A DNA stretch of 63,844 nt, the filler included, from Octopus bimaculoides (taxonomy: Eukaryota), in the NCBI RefSeq assembly GCF_001194135.2. It is 6 parts of 6 records of this genome, joined end to end, with 100 filler letters (N's around TTAATTAATTAA, not from the genome) between each part and the next. Parts side by side here need not be neighbours in the genome. Positions count along the whole stretch, not along the records: positions 1 to 17,644 come from NC_068991.1; 5 more parts are not named here. One strand, given 5' to 3'. Each line of letters starts with the position of its first letter. Position 1 is the first letter of the stretch. The notes below the pieces were generated by a model, which saw only the letters and a program-made list of their open reading frames with translations, searched no databases and was not told where the DNA came from. Of this stretch, positions 1-9,955 are shown in pieces. The position numbers were made by a program, and so were the translations under genes.

Positions 1-368
1 AATAACACACACATATATATAAACAAACTTATATTTCTGTTTTAGAAGTGTCAAACATATATTGCATTATACAGACAAAAATGTAATATTTTGAATGCAG
101 TATCGCTGTTAAAACAGCAGTAAAACTCGGTATTATTACCCTTGTCAGATGGAAAAATTATTTTTTATGTCTTAAAACAGTAATAATACCCAATTTTCCT
201 GCTGTTTTCACAGTGATACTACGTTCAAAATACTTTCTGGTCTGTCTAATAGTTGCTTTAATTGTTTAATCACAGGCACTCCAGTTTATGACCATCTATG
301 ACTATCAATCTTTTTAAGAGTATGAATGACTGACTATAATACGAGTTCATTGCTTATTTAAAATGGTA

Positions 369-570
369 AGGCATGGCTCTGTGGTTGAGACTTGCTTCCC
401 AACTGTGGTCTCAAGTTCAGTCCCACTACATGGCATCCAAGGCAAGGCAATAGAGCGAGTACCAGATTTTAAAAAATAAGCACTGGTCTAGATTTAGTCA
501 AGTAAATCCTTCAAGGTGGTGCCCCAGCATGGTCACAGTCCGATGACTGAAACAAGTAAAAGGTAAAAGA
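369..570 (+). mobile_element. tRNA-derived SINE family A, internally deleted copy
   Basis: Head GGCATGGCTCTGTGG...AGTTCAGTCCC joined to the family 3' end (CCAGCATGG..CAGTC..TGACTGAAACAAGTAAAAGG). Confidence 0.75.
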
Positions 571-1087
571 TATATCATAGTATCTTCTAGGTTTGTCACA
601 ATTCTGGATGCCTCAATTTTAGTATTTTCATGTAGAATCACCACAGCTACGATGCTAGACAGTTTTATGTATCTTACCTACGTTTGTAACATGATGTGCT
701 GACCAGGAAAATTTGAATTCATAAACCATTTTAATTAGTGATACAGTAATTTAAAACAACAGACATTCAGTTATTGTTTATCTTCACACAAAAACATGGT
801 GATGCCTTTTGCCAATAAAACCCAGTTAATGCATCAGGTGCTAACTAAGTCACTTCACCATTCCTTAATTATTTATAATATAACATGAAATAGTACTGTT
901 AAATACAGTAGTTTTCTATAATCAGAAGACTCCACAACTTTAATCAACTAATGGACCTAAATAATTAATGGAACTATACAAACACTTGTGGTAATCTGGA
1001 TGACCGTTATTACGAAGGGACGCAATTACCTCATCACAATGAGATGGGATTAGAAATTTTAATTTGAAATCAAGCAATATAGACAGG

Positions 1088-1165
<78 letters not shown>

Positions 1166-1249
1166 GTACAAGCAATATCAGTTTGATGAAGGAAGAGAAC
1201 AAGAGAGCTTATGTGCATCACAAACGTTTGATTACTATAGACAAATCAT

Positions 1250-1537
1250 CCATGCAGAATTGTTAGGGCGCTGAAGAAGAGGCAGGGGAGGGTGGTAGTC
1301 CACATTACTCCGTAGGGAGCACAGGGCTGGTTTCCCAGTTTCTTCGGCGTATATATTTCTCCTTGGGTGGGATACGGATCCATTGCAGGATTACTAATTT
1401 TTACCAGCTGAGTGGAATGGAGTAACATGAAATGAAGTATTTTGTTCCAGAAAACAACTCATCACCTGGTACAGGAATCGAAACCACTATCTTATGATCA
1501 TGAGTCCAACACCCTAACCACTAAACCATGTGCCTCC
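1250..1537 (-). mobile_element. tRNA-derived SINE family D
   Basis: Minus strand has A box TGGTTTAGTGG and B box GGTTTCGATTCC, then a core (GAACAAAATACTTCATTTCATGTTACTCC..CCACTCAGCTG) shared with the copies at 9560-9955 and 30170-30440. Confidence 0.75.
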
Positions 1538-1691
1538 TTGTTGTAGTATGGGTTTGTACAATTACAGTGCTACATTGTTATCTGAAGTATAATTAGAACA
1601 GTATATGGTATTAATGTAATGTGGTACAATTACTGCAAGAGGTTGCAGAACTGTCTTTCTCAGATCAAGAGACCACCCTTAAATTAAATTC

Positions 1692-1880
1692 TCTCCTTTT
1701 TAATGTCCATTTTCCATGCCAGCATGGGTTGGACAGTTTGACAGGAGCTGGACAGCTGGATAGTAGCCCAGGGTCCAAACGTCTGTTTTGGCATGGGACT
1801 TCTATGGTTCAATGCCCTTCCTCATGCCAACCACTTTACAAAGTGTACTGGGTACTTTTTTTATGCGGCAACAACACGTA
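1692..1880 (-). mobile_element. Repeat family C 3' part (GGAAGGGCATCCAGCTGTAGAAA-type, RTE-related SINE tail)
   Basis: Homologous to 16981-17150 and 17461-17644; CpG-decayed. Confidence 0.7.
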
Positions 1881-1935
1881 AAATATATATAAATATATTT
1901 TAAATTCTTTTTTTAAAATTATTATTGTTATTATT

Positions 1936-2148
1936 AAGGTGGAGAGCTGGCAGAATTGTTAGCATGCTGCTAAGCTTTTGTCCATCTTTACATTCTGAGC
2001 TCAAATTCTGTTGAGGTCGACTTTGCCTTTCATCCTTTCAGGGTTGATAAATTAAATACCAGTGAAACACTGGGGTCAATGCAATCCCCTGAAATTTCAG
2101 GCCTTGGGCCTATAATAGAAAGGATTATTATTATTATTATTATTATTA
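1936..2148 (+). mobile_element. tRNA-derived SINE family B with (ATT)n tail
   Basis: AAGG.GG.GAGCTGGCAGAA head, B-box-like GAG.TCAAATTC, GTCGACTTTGCCTTTCATCC body; many copies in the window. Confidence 0.8.
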
Positions 2149-2232
2149 TTTATGGTGAAGTTCTTAAAATTTATGTTGGTGTACAAGATGAAGTGAAAAT
2201 ATCAAAAAAATCAAACATTGTATATAAAACAG

Positions 2233-2269
<37 letters not shown>

Positions 2270-2284
2270 TAAAACACCACTTAC

Positions 2285-2449
2285 CCAGGCATTCCCAAGG
2301 ATCCTAGAGTAAGGGACAATGATAAGTCTTCAATGTCTGGAACTTTACTCAGAACTGAGACATCTTTCACTAATGTGTGGCTCTTCCAACCAAAATGTGC
2401 AATCACATGTGTGCCTTTAGGAAATTTTGGATTCTTACTTGCAATAACC
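2285..2449 (-). CDS. PTGR1: PTGR1-like coding exon 4, 165 nt (VIASKNPKFPKGTHVIAHFGWKSHTLVKDVSVLSKVPDIEDLSLSLTLGSLGMPG)
   Basis: Acceptor aatgcAG, donor GG|GTAAGT. Motifs SKN..FPKG..V....GW.SH and LSL.LG..GMPG are typical of PTGR1. The gene continues beyond the left edge. Confidence 0.95.
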
Positions 2450-2515
2450 CTGCATTTAAACATAAATTTATCATTTTAGAATTTAAGAATTTTGTAAAAG
2501 AGATATATATACAAT

Positions 2516-2895
2516 AGGTGATGTGGCTGTGTGGTAAGAAGCTTGCTTCCAAACCACATGGTTCTGGGTTCAGTCCCACTGCATAGTACCTTGGGTAAGT
2601 GCTTTTTACTACAGCCTCAGGCTGACCAAAGGCTGGTGAGTGGATTTGGTAGATGGAAACTGAAAGAAGCCCACATTATATATGTGCGTGTGTGTGTCTG
2701 TTTGTTCACCACCACCACCACCACGTGAAAACCAGTGTTGGTATGTTTATGTCCCCATAACTTAGCAGTTCAGTAAAAAAAAGTCCAAGATAATAAATAC
2801 CAGGCTAAAAAAAAATAAGTACTGGGGTCACTTCGTTTGACTAAAAATTCTTCAAGGCGGTGCTCCAGCATGGCCAGTCTAGTAACTGAAAAGAG
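2516..2895 (+). mobile_element. SINE family A, full-length, CpG-decayed
   Basis: A box TGGCTGTGTGGTAA, B box GGTTCAGTCCC, central (TA)/(TG) block, 3' domain. Confidence 0.85.
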
Positions 2896-2976
2896 GGGAT
2901 TGAGCAATGCCTTTACCATTGTACTTATACTGTGTCGATATGAACTAGAAAGGCTTTCTATGGTGATGTAATTTAA

Positions 2977-3138
2977 CCCTTTTGTTGCTGTATTTAGTAA
3001 AATAACTTAGTTATCATTCAGCTTAGTGTTAGGAACATAAGTTCTGACTATGGTTTGGTGGAAGATTTTGAACTTATGAAAACAAGACATTTGTACTCAG
3101 AGCCAGAGCTGGTTTCAACCAGGTTGGTAACGAAAGGG
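2977..3138. mobile_element. piggyBac-type MITE
   Basis: TTAA at 2973-2976 and 3139-3142. Termini CCCTTTTGTTGC and GGTAACGAAAGGG are imperfect TIRs starting CCC. Confidence 0.75.
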
Positions 3139-3179
3139 TTAAGCACATAACAAATGAGAAACTATCGAAACAAACTTAC

Positions 3180-3236
3180 TTTGCTACCTGTTCTCCCATC
3201 ATCACATCTCCTTCTGACAGCCTACCAGAGAAGATA
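3180..3236 (-). CDS. PTGR1: PTGR1-like coding exon 3, 57 nt (IFSGRLSEGDVMMGEQVAK)
   Basis: Acceptor with a long pyrimidine tract (ttctcttttcttttttAG), donor AA|GTAAGT. Peptide matches the PTGR1 segment EGD.MMG.QVAK. Phase 2 to phase 2. Confidence 0.95.
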
Positions 3237-3266
3237 CTAAAAAAGAAAAGAGAAAGAAAAAAAAAC

Positions 3267-3518
3267 GCCATGTACAAGGATGCTGTCAGTAAGGTGAGGG
3301 TTAGTAATGAGTACAGCGAAGAATTCAAGACAGGATGCCCCTTGGAGCTCCTCTATGCTGATGACCTTGCTTTAATTGCTGAGTCACTATCAGAACTAGA
3401 GGAGAAGTTTCAGGTGTGGAAGTAAGGATTAGAATGAAAGGGCCTTAGAGTCAACCTAGCTAAAACCAAATTCTTAATAAATAGGAAGGCAGACAAACCA
3501 CAAATCCCTTCAGGTAAG
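3267..3518 (+). mobile_element. RTE-clade LINE reverse-transcriptase fragment (pseudo)
   Basis: Translates AMYKDAVSKVRVSNEYSEEFKTGCPLELLYADDLALIAESLSELEEKFQVWK*GLE*KGLRVNLAKTK. YADD at 3354-3365; two stops. Confidence 0.85.
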
Positions 3519-3654
3519 TCTTCTCTATTGCATGCTACATCTGATGTCTCGTATACCCAATTCACTTACACTCTGTCGTACATGCATACTGACATTACCC
3601 GTCCAGTGGAGCATGCTGGCTTCATTTCTTTCAAGCCTCTGCTGTCCTTAACCA

Positions 3655-3848
3655 CTGCTTGACAACTGGTGTTGGTCTGTTTATGTCCCAAAGACTTCCT
3701 GGTTCAGCAAAAAGAGATTGTTAAGTATCCAACTTATAAATAAAGAAAAAATCAATACTGCAGTCAATTTGTTTGATTAAAACAGTCAATGCAGAGCTCC
3801 AGCATGGCCACAGTTCAATGACTGAAACGAATAAAAGACAAAGGATAA
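3655..3848 (+). mobile_element. SINE family A 3' domain
   Basis: CTGCTTGACAACTGGTGTTGG...CTCCAGCATGGCCACAGTTCAATGACTGAAAC; ends ~20 bp from the exon-2 donor. Confidence 0.75.
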
Positions 3849-3868
3849 TGGTCCGATAGAAGACGTAC

Positions 3869-3914
3869 CGCATGTAAGGGTCAACAGACAGCCAGACTGC
3901 TTCACATAGAACTT
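3869..3914 (-). CDS. PTGR1: PTGR1-like coding exon 2, 46 nt (EVLCEAVWLSVDPYMR)
   Basis: Found by reading the minus strand; too short for the ORF track. Acceptor tttttttgcAG, donor CG|GTACGT. Carries the LSVDPYMR signature of PTGR1/2-type reductases and continues the phase-1 junction in frame. Confidence 0.95.
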
Positions 3915-4135
3915 CTGCAAAAAAATAAATAAATAACTCAAATAAACAACTGAAAAAGAGAAAAGAAAGTTTGATATCAACGATTTATTGGAAGAAACAT
4001 TTTGCTTTCTCCATTTGCAAAATCATTACCATTCTTATCTGTCTCTGATAGAGGCAGAAGGTCCAAAATTTGGCAGAGAGGTTAGTCAATTACATCACAT
4101 CCATCTCATACAAGACTGCTACATTATTTCATTGA

Positions 4136-4414
4136 AGGAAGCCAGTGAGCTGGCAGAGTTGTTAGCATGCTGGACGAAATGCTTAGCGGTATTTCGCCCA
4201 TCTCTATGTTCTGAGTTCAAATTCCACTGCGGTCAACTTTGTCTTTTATCCTTTCAGGGTTAAGAAGCTGCAAGTGTCTTCTACCATAGCCTCAGGCTGA
4301 CCAAAACCTTACAAGTTGATTAGGTAGATGGAAACTGAATGGAAGGGCATCTGGTCTTAGAAAACCTGCTCTGACAAAATCCACCTGACTCGTGCAAGCA
4401 TGGGTTAAACAGAC
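4136..4414 (+). mobile_element. Mosaic of SINE B head, SINE A middle and family C tail
   Basis: 4136-4261 matches family B, 4271-4338 matches family A (CAAGTGTCTTCTAC...GGAAACTGAA), 4341-4414 matches family C (GGAAGGGCATC...GCATGG). Confidence 0.65.
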
Positions 4415-6455
4415 TTTGATGTCTGTGTAAAAACGATGCAGGACTGAAATGCACAGAAGGTTAATGTGTTACAGACTTATCTAAACTATATCAGTTTCAA
4501 AAAGTGAACTTTTAAGCAATAGTGACGATGGTCGAGATCACCCTTCAGCACTTTGCTTCATGTTTTGCTGGGTCTCCCTCTTCAACAAATTCCATCTATT
4601 TTAAGTAACTGACACTTCTTTATACAACTGTCTACATCCATGCGCATTACATGACCAAACAACCAGCAGCCTTCACTCTTGCACACTGCATCTAATTCCT
4701 CTTATGCCTAACTTTTCTCTAAATACACTAGTGTTCTGTCACATAGAAGCTTCATTCCTTTCTAGCCTTCACATGTCTTTTACTTCACACACCTATCTAT
4801 CTTGTGCTGCTAACCTGTGTTTTTTTTTTCTTTTACATAATAACAATGAAGGAGAGCAACTGCTACTTGAAAGAAAGGTGGGCCCTATCAACCTACAATA
4901 GCTTGTCCCTGATAATCAAGATGTGAAAAGAATTGTAATAGAAGAGATCACTTAGATTTGAAATACATCGATTTCAGCTGCATAAGAAGGCAGATAGGCG
5001 CAAGTTTTATAAGCCAGCTAACATGCTAGAAATAGTAGTCAATTTCCAACCTGTAAATCTAAAAAAAAATGGAATGACATGGTGGCTAATATAGCTGTGG
5101 TACACTATGCCATCAATAAGAAAAAACGAAATTGTTTTGGCTGGAATGTCTTTGAGCATAGAACTTTATTAACAGAACAGACTTGGGACTAACATCCATG
5201 GATATGAGCTAAAAAATAGCCAGAATGAGATGGATGAACAAGGTATCGTTGTAATCATCATCGGTTTAATTTTCCATGTTTCCAAATAAAGTAATATTTG
5301 CCTTCGTCCTCCGAACACGAACAACACAATGGCCAGAGATAAACTCACAGTAGATTGCAACTCGAGTGCTTGTACGACACAGTACTTCTTTGCACTTAAT
5401 GCGTGTGGACAAGATAAAGAGATATGGAAACATACACGCACGCGATGGACATTTTTCAGCAGGAAACCCCAAACTATGGAAGAAGCTTACCCAAGGTGCC
5501 GCGCAGGGTTAAACTCCATTTCTTTTTTCATATTCGTTTACTACATGCTGTTTTACACCTATTACACTATCCCCCCCCCCCCGTTTTTTAGCTCGGGCCA
5601 GAAACTGGACTTTAACCCCGCGCAGTGGGTCTGAATCGGAAACCACGTGTTTGCAAAGAGACCGTCTTCACAACATAGTCTGTGTCTGCATAAAAATAGG
5701 ACACCTTAGAATTTATGTAAATATTTGTGCATTTCACAAGTGTAGTGTAAATAATACTTACAGCCAATGTAAGAAACTCGAGATTACTAAGACTTACTTA
5801 GTTTTTATAGTATGAAGAACTAAGCACAAATACATTACAATTTTCGTAGGTATTCGTGCAGTCCAGCTTATCGTTTTTATGTAAATGCCTCTACTTATAT
5901 ATTTGACAACTTTACTATCTACCGTAATCATTCGAACGATGAAATGGTATATTTGTCAACTCTTCTTAGTTACCGGATTTTGAATGGAAATAGCATAACA
6001 ACACTTTTACATTGGAATGTGTAAAGGCTTTCGAGAAAATTCTATTAAATCTTATTAGCAATAGAAGATAATAAATTAGCTTTAATTAGAAAATAATCAC
6101 CAAATTGTTTTGTCCCACACTATTTTAAAAAGTATAAGGCGTTAATTCTATTTTTGATAGATTCTTGTGGTTACCATCGTTTGTTGTCCCCGAAAGAGAA
6201 AGTGAAAAAGAATTATACATTTGTATTTAGCAATTTCTAATATATTATTATTATTATTATTCAAAACGTCTACATTGAGAAAACTGTTAATTTCCAATAT
6301 AATAAGGCACTTTCACTTTTTAGGTATTTCTACTTAAAATCTGTCTAAATTTACTATATTTAAAAAATTAAGGCGACTCGGGGAGCTTACCGCGTTTGAG
6401 GTTTATGTAACAAAGCTGAATGAGAAAAATTTCTAAAAGAAATAATGAATTGATG

Positions 6456-6545
6456 GGCATAACTACAGGGTTTTACCCCCCAAATTCATTTTTCTGAAAG
6501 TTATGACCTCTCAAAGTCTGGGGGGTAAAACCCTGTAGTTATGCC
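6456..6545. repeat. Perfect 27-bp inverted repeat with 36-bp spacer (mini-MITE-like)
   Basis: GGCATAACTACAGGGTTTTACCCCCCA (6456-6482) is the exact reverse complement of 6519-6545. Confidence 0.9.
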
Positions 6546-6814
6546 AAATGATGAACATATACTAACATATTAGCAAGGATATATGAAGTTAAGTGAACTC
6601 AAATTTACAGGGTCTCATTCCTCCCAAAGTGGTGATGGTGGGGAACACACTTGATAATACACTCGTAAATAAATAATGCCTAATAAGGAGGATGATCACG
6701 GTTAGAATGCCTTAGATTAATTGGGTTTGAACTAAGGGTGGGGGGAAATGAAATACGTAGTAATTAAATTGAACTCTGAAAAGAAGAAAAAATATATATA
6801 GTTGTTAAAATTAC

Positions 6815-6923
6815 CGCCATCATTAACTTCATCAGGCAATTCTTCTGTTACCAGCTTTATATCATCACTGGACGGTTTGCCAACAAGCTGTTTAGCTAAA
6901 ACGAATTTTTTTGACAGAACCAT
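6815..6923 (-). CDS. PTGR1: PTGR1-like, first coding exon (MVLSKKFVLAKQLVGKPSSDDIKLVTEELPDEVNDG, phase 1)
   Basis: ATG at 6923. The peptide matches the PTGR1 N-terminus (K.W.L.K.F.G.P...DF.L...ELP....G). Donor G|GTAATT at 6814. A possible acceptor (ttttctttgctaaAG at 6938-6939) suggests a further upstream UTR exon. Confidence 0.93.
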
Positions 6924-9248
6924 TATCAGTCACGTTCCTTTAGCAAAGAAAACTTGTTTGAATGGAATTACCCGCGCACCGTCTGCTGACTGCGCATCAA
7001 AGGGGACCTAACTAAAAATTGCTTTTAGCCTTTTTCAAGTCGGCCTATATTTTTGAGATTAAGAGAATCAATTAATAGTGAGTGAGGGTGTATTTTCTTC
7101 AAGTGTTCACTACCTTATATCAGGTAAACAAACGACCTCTTAATACATTAAAAACATCATAACATGATCAGATGTCTATTTCAGAAAATTATCGCTGTTC
7201 TCTTTGAGCGTTTAAAAGATAAATTTAGCTGGGGCAAAATGAGTAAACCAAGATAAGATAAATTTGCTGCTTCCCTTCACCCAGATTCCCATTCGAAAAC
7301 AAGCTCATACACATCGTTATCCAGCCCTAGACATCAGAAAGATCAGAAATGCAAAAATATAAAAATAAGAATTAAAAATTCAAATATCTGAGTCAAATGA
7401 AAGAGAATCAGAGAAAAATGATACGTGAAATTTAACGAAACTTGACAAAATAAAAGAAATTAAAAAAAAAGAAAGCTCAACATAAAATATTATCTATAGC
7501 TTCTTCACGATCTGCTGGAGTGCCCTCCTCGTGATATTACTTACCATTATTTTTTGAAACTTGTCCTGTCTTTGTCCTTACATGTTTTTGATTGTTATTA
7601 GCCCTAGTGGCCAATAAAACGAATTATCTTTTGAAACTTGAAAATGATCAAACTAGACAACAGTGTGAGAAAAATTGACTTGAGATCCAAAAGAAAAACG
7701 AATATTGATTGTTAAACACCAAAAATTATCCAAATATTTTATTAGCAACCTTAATTACAATCGGGTTCAAAGTTGAAAACAATTTCTTAGAAACCGGACC
7801 TGCCACCTGACTATGTTTCGGCTTCTCACAACTTCTATAATTATGCTGACTGATGCAACAGTACAAAATAATCATACCATAATTGCAATGTCATGATTTC
7901 AAACAGGTAAAGAGAAAATAACGAGAAATCAGAAGTTCCTCATTTTGGCCCGGTTACTAATTTTGCACCACCAGTCATCCTTAGAAAATTTCCTTTAAAG
8001 AATTTGTTCGAAAGGTATGGAGAAACAAAGTCGCCGAGTGACATACGTACGAAGGTATACCGTTAGCTAATACTGTTAATGTTACAATTGAACTTAGCAG
8101 CTGGTTAGAGCAACACGAACCTATTGTTTTGTCTGGAAACCTGGGGAGAAATTTCTTTTACATCGTTAAAACTGTCAACTTTATTTTATTTCATTTTATT
8201 TTCGTCTTTTGCTGTTCAAACTGGAGTTTTCGTAACACCTTTTTGAGCACCCAGAACGCATACCTATTAGTTTGAGGCATCCTGACGAAAACTCATATCT
8301 GCTATGTGTGTCTGTCTGCCTGTCTCTCACCTAGTTTATGAAAACAATACAAAAATCCTTGTATAGAACTGTGCGCTTCACAGTTCCAGCTACGCGGTGT
8401 TTGGCTGTTGTATGCATGCTTACATGTCCGAAACAAGAAGCTGCACACTAGGGAGGGAGAGCACTGTCGTTCACGCAGTGCCGACTCTGATGTGCTGGTG
8501 AAAGGTAGTGTTTCTTTTTGACTCCGCGTGTGTTGTGTATAAAAACTGTGTTTACATTCTTGAATGTGATAACGTGTAGAATTAGATTATTATCCTGCTT
8601 CCAGCTACAGTGTTACTGCAAGGATTTGAAAAATAGGGCAGATTTTCCCCCTTATTTTGTGATTGAGTGGGATTTTTGAAAAACAAAGGGGAATTCGCGG
8701 CAGTATTCAGTGAACAAATTAAACACGCTACCCGGCAGTGGCTAAAGCGCGAACCGTCCAAGTTTATGTATAAATTTTCTTTTTGTTTTGTTTTACACAA
8801 TATTAAAACAACGGCTAAAAATTTTCTGAACCAGCACCCCAACTAATTTTATCTACGAGCCGCCACTGGGCGCAACATTTGATAGTGTTCATGTGAGCCA
8901 TCCGACACATCAGAATTGATGATTATTATAGCCGAGCGCAATAATAGTACTGAATCGCAAGATATTTCATACACCCTCTTAACTCCTATATACTCTGGAT
9001 AAGTTGAGTGCTGAATTGTGAAGGCGACACCTTGCCGTACCAAAGTTCAGGTTATGGTAAACTGATAATTATACCTGCTGAGACGTGTATATGTGACCTC
9101 TTGCAAAATGTTTCTGATTTACCAATAACCGCCCCAGCCTTGCTAACTTGCCAGTGTGCACGTCCCCAATGTAAAACAATTAATTCAGTTAAGAAAGACT
9201 GCGTTTGTGTTTATTTTTATTTGTTGATAAGATAATATATGCGCTATT

Positions 9249-9470
9249 TAGGGCGGCGAGCTGTCGGCATCGTTAGCAAGCCGGACAAAATGCTAAGCGG
9301 CATTTCGTCCCTCCTTTATAATTTGAGTTCAAATTACGCCGAAATCGACTTTGCCTCTCATTTGTTTGGGTTTGATAAAATAAGTACCAGTTGAGCTCTG
9401 AGATCGATGTAATCGACTTAACTCCTTCCACCGAATTTTCTGGCATTGTGCCAAAATTTGAAACCAATAT
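9249..9470 (+). mobile_element. SINE family B, CpG-retaining
   Basis: GGGCGGCGAGCTG...GAGTTCAAATTACGCCG...GTGCCAAAATTTGAAACCAAT. Confidence 0.8.
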
Positions 9471-9559
9471 ACACGTTATCTATGAGAGATGAGTAAAATA
9501 TGCAAGCATAATTACAGCAAAAAAAAATAAATAAATAAATATAAGAAGTTAATTTTAAT

Positions 9560-9955
9560 GCTAGAAACTTGACCAAAAAAGATAGTCAATAAACGACTCA
9601 GGCTTCTTACGAGTACAGAAATTGAAAAGTAGGGGAATACCACCACTTAGCGTACCCAGCTTCTGTCGCCCATTTTCGTCAATGTTTCTGAGGTGTTTAA
9701 GCGAATGAAAATACAAGACAATTCGCGTTTGAAGAGGACGCAGAGTTAAACGCCCACCCCAGCTATTGTTAGTACACATTTTCAGCTGAATGGACTAGAG
9801 TAGCGAACGTTCACTCAATGGAATGAAGTGTCTTGCTCAACGTAATAATGAAGTGCCTTGCTAAAAAAAAACACTACATACTGCCCTGTTTAAGAATTGA
9901 ACTCACGACCTAACGACTGAGTGCCCAACAACCTAACCACCAAGTCGCGCATCTT
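9560..9955 (-). mobile_element. SINE family D-like with a different 3' tail
   Basis: tRNA-like head at ~9900-9950 (GTGAGTTCAATTC), TTGAGCAAGACACTTCATT core, CCATTCAGCTGAAA; downstream sequence is unlike the 1250-1537 copy. Confidence 0.6.

Noticed and set aside
541-570. SINE A tail CAGTCA..TGACTG-AAACAAGTA resembling a half hammerhead
   Set aside because: No CUGANGA upstream in any copy.
1-2284. Next PTGR1 exon (LTAYFG...GAVG)
   Set aside because: Not found on the minus strand. ORFs 940-1221 and 1246-1428 are microsatellite- and SINE-derived, so the exon lies outside the window.
7000-9200. PTGR1 promoter or 5' UTR exon, or a divergent gene start
   Set aside because: CpG-rich patches and several possible donors (e.g. 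7539-7544) exist, but none can be singled out from sequence alone.
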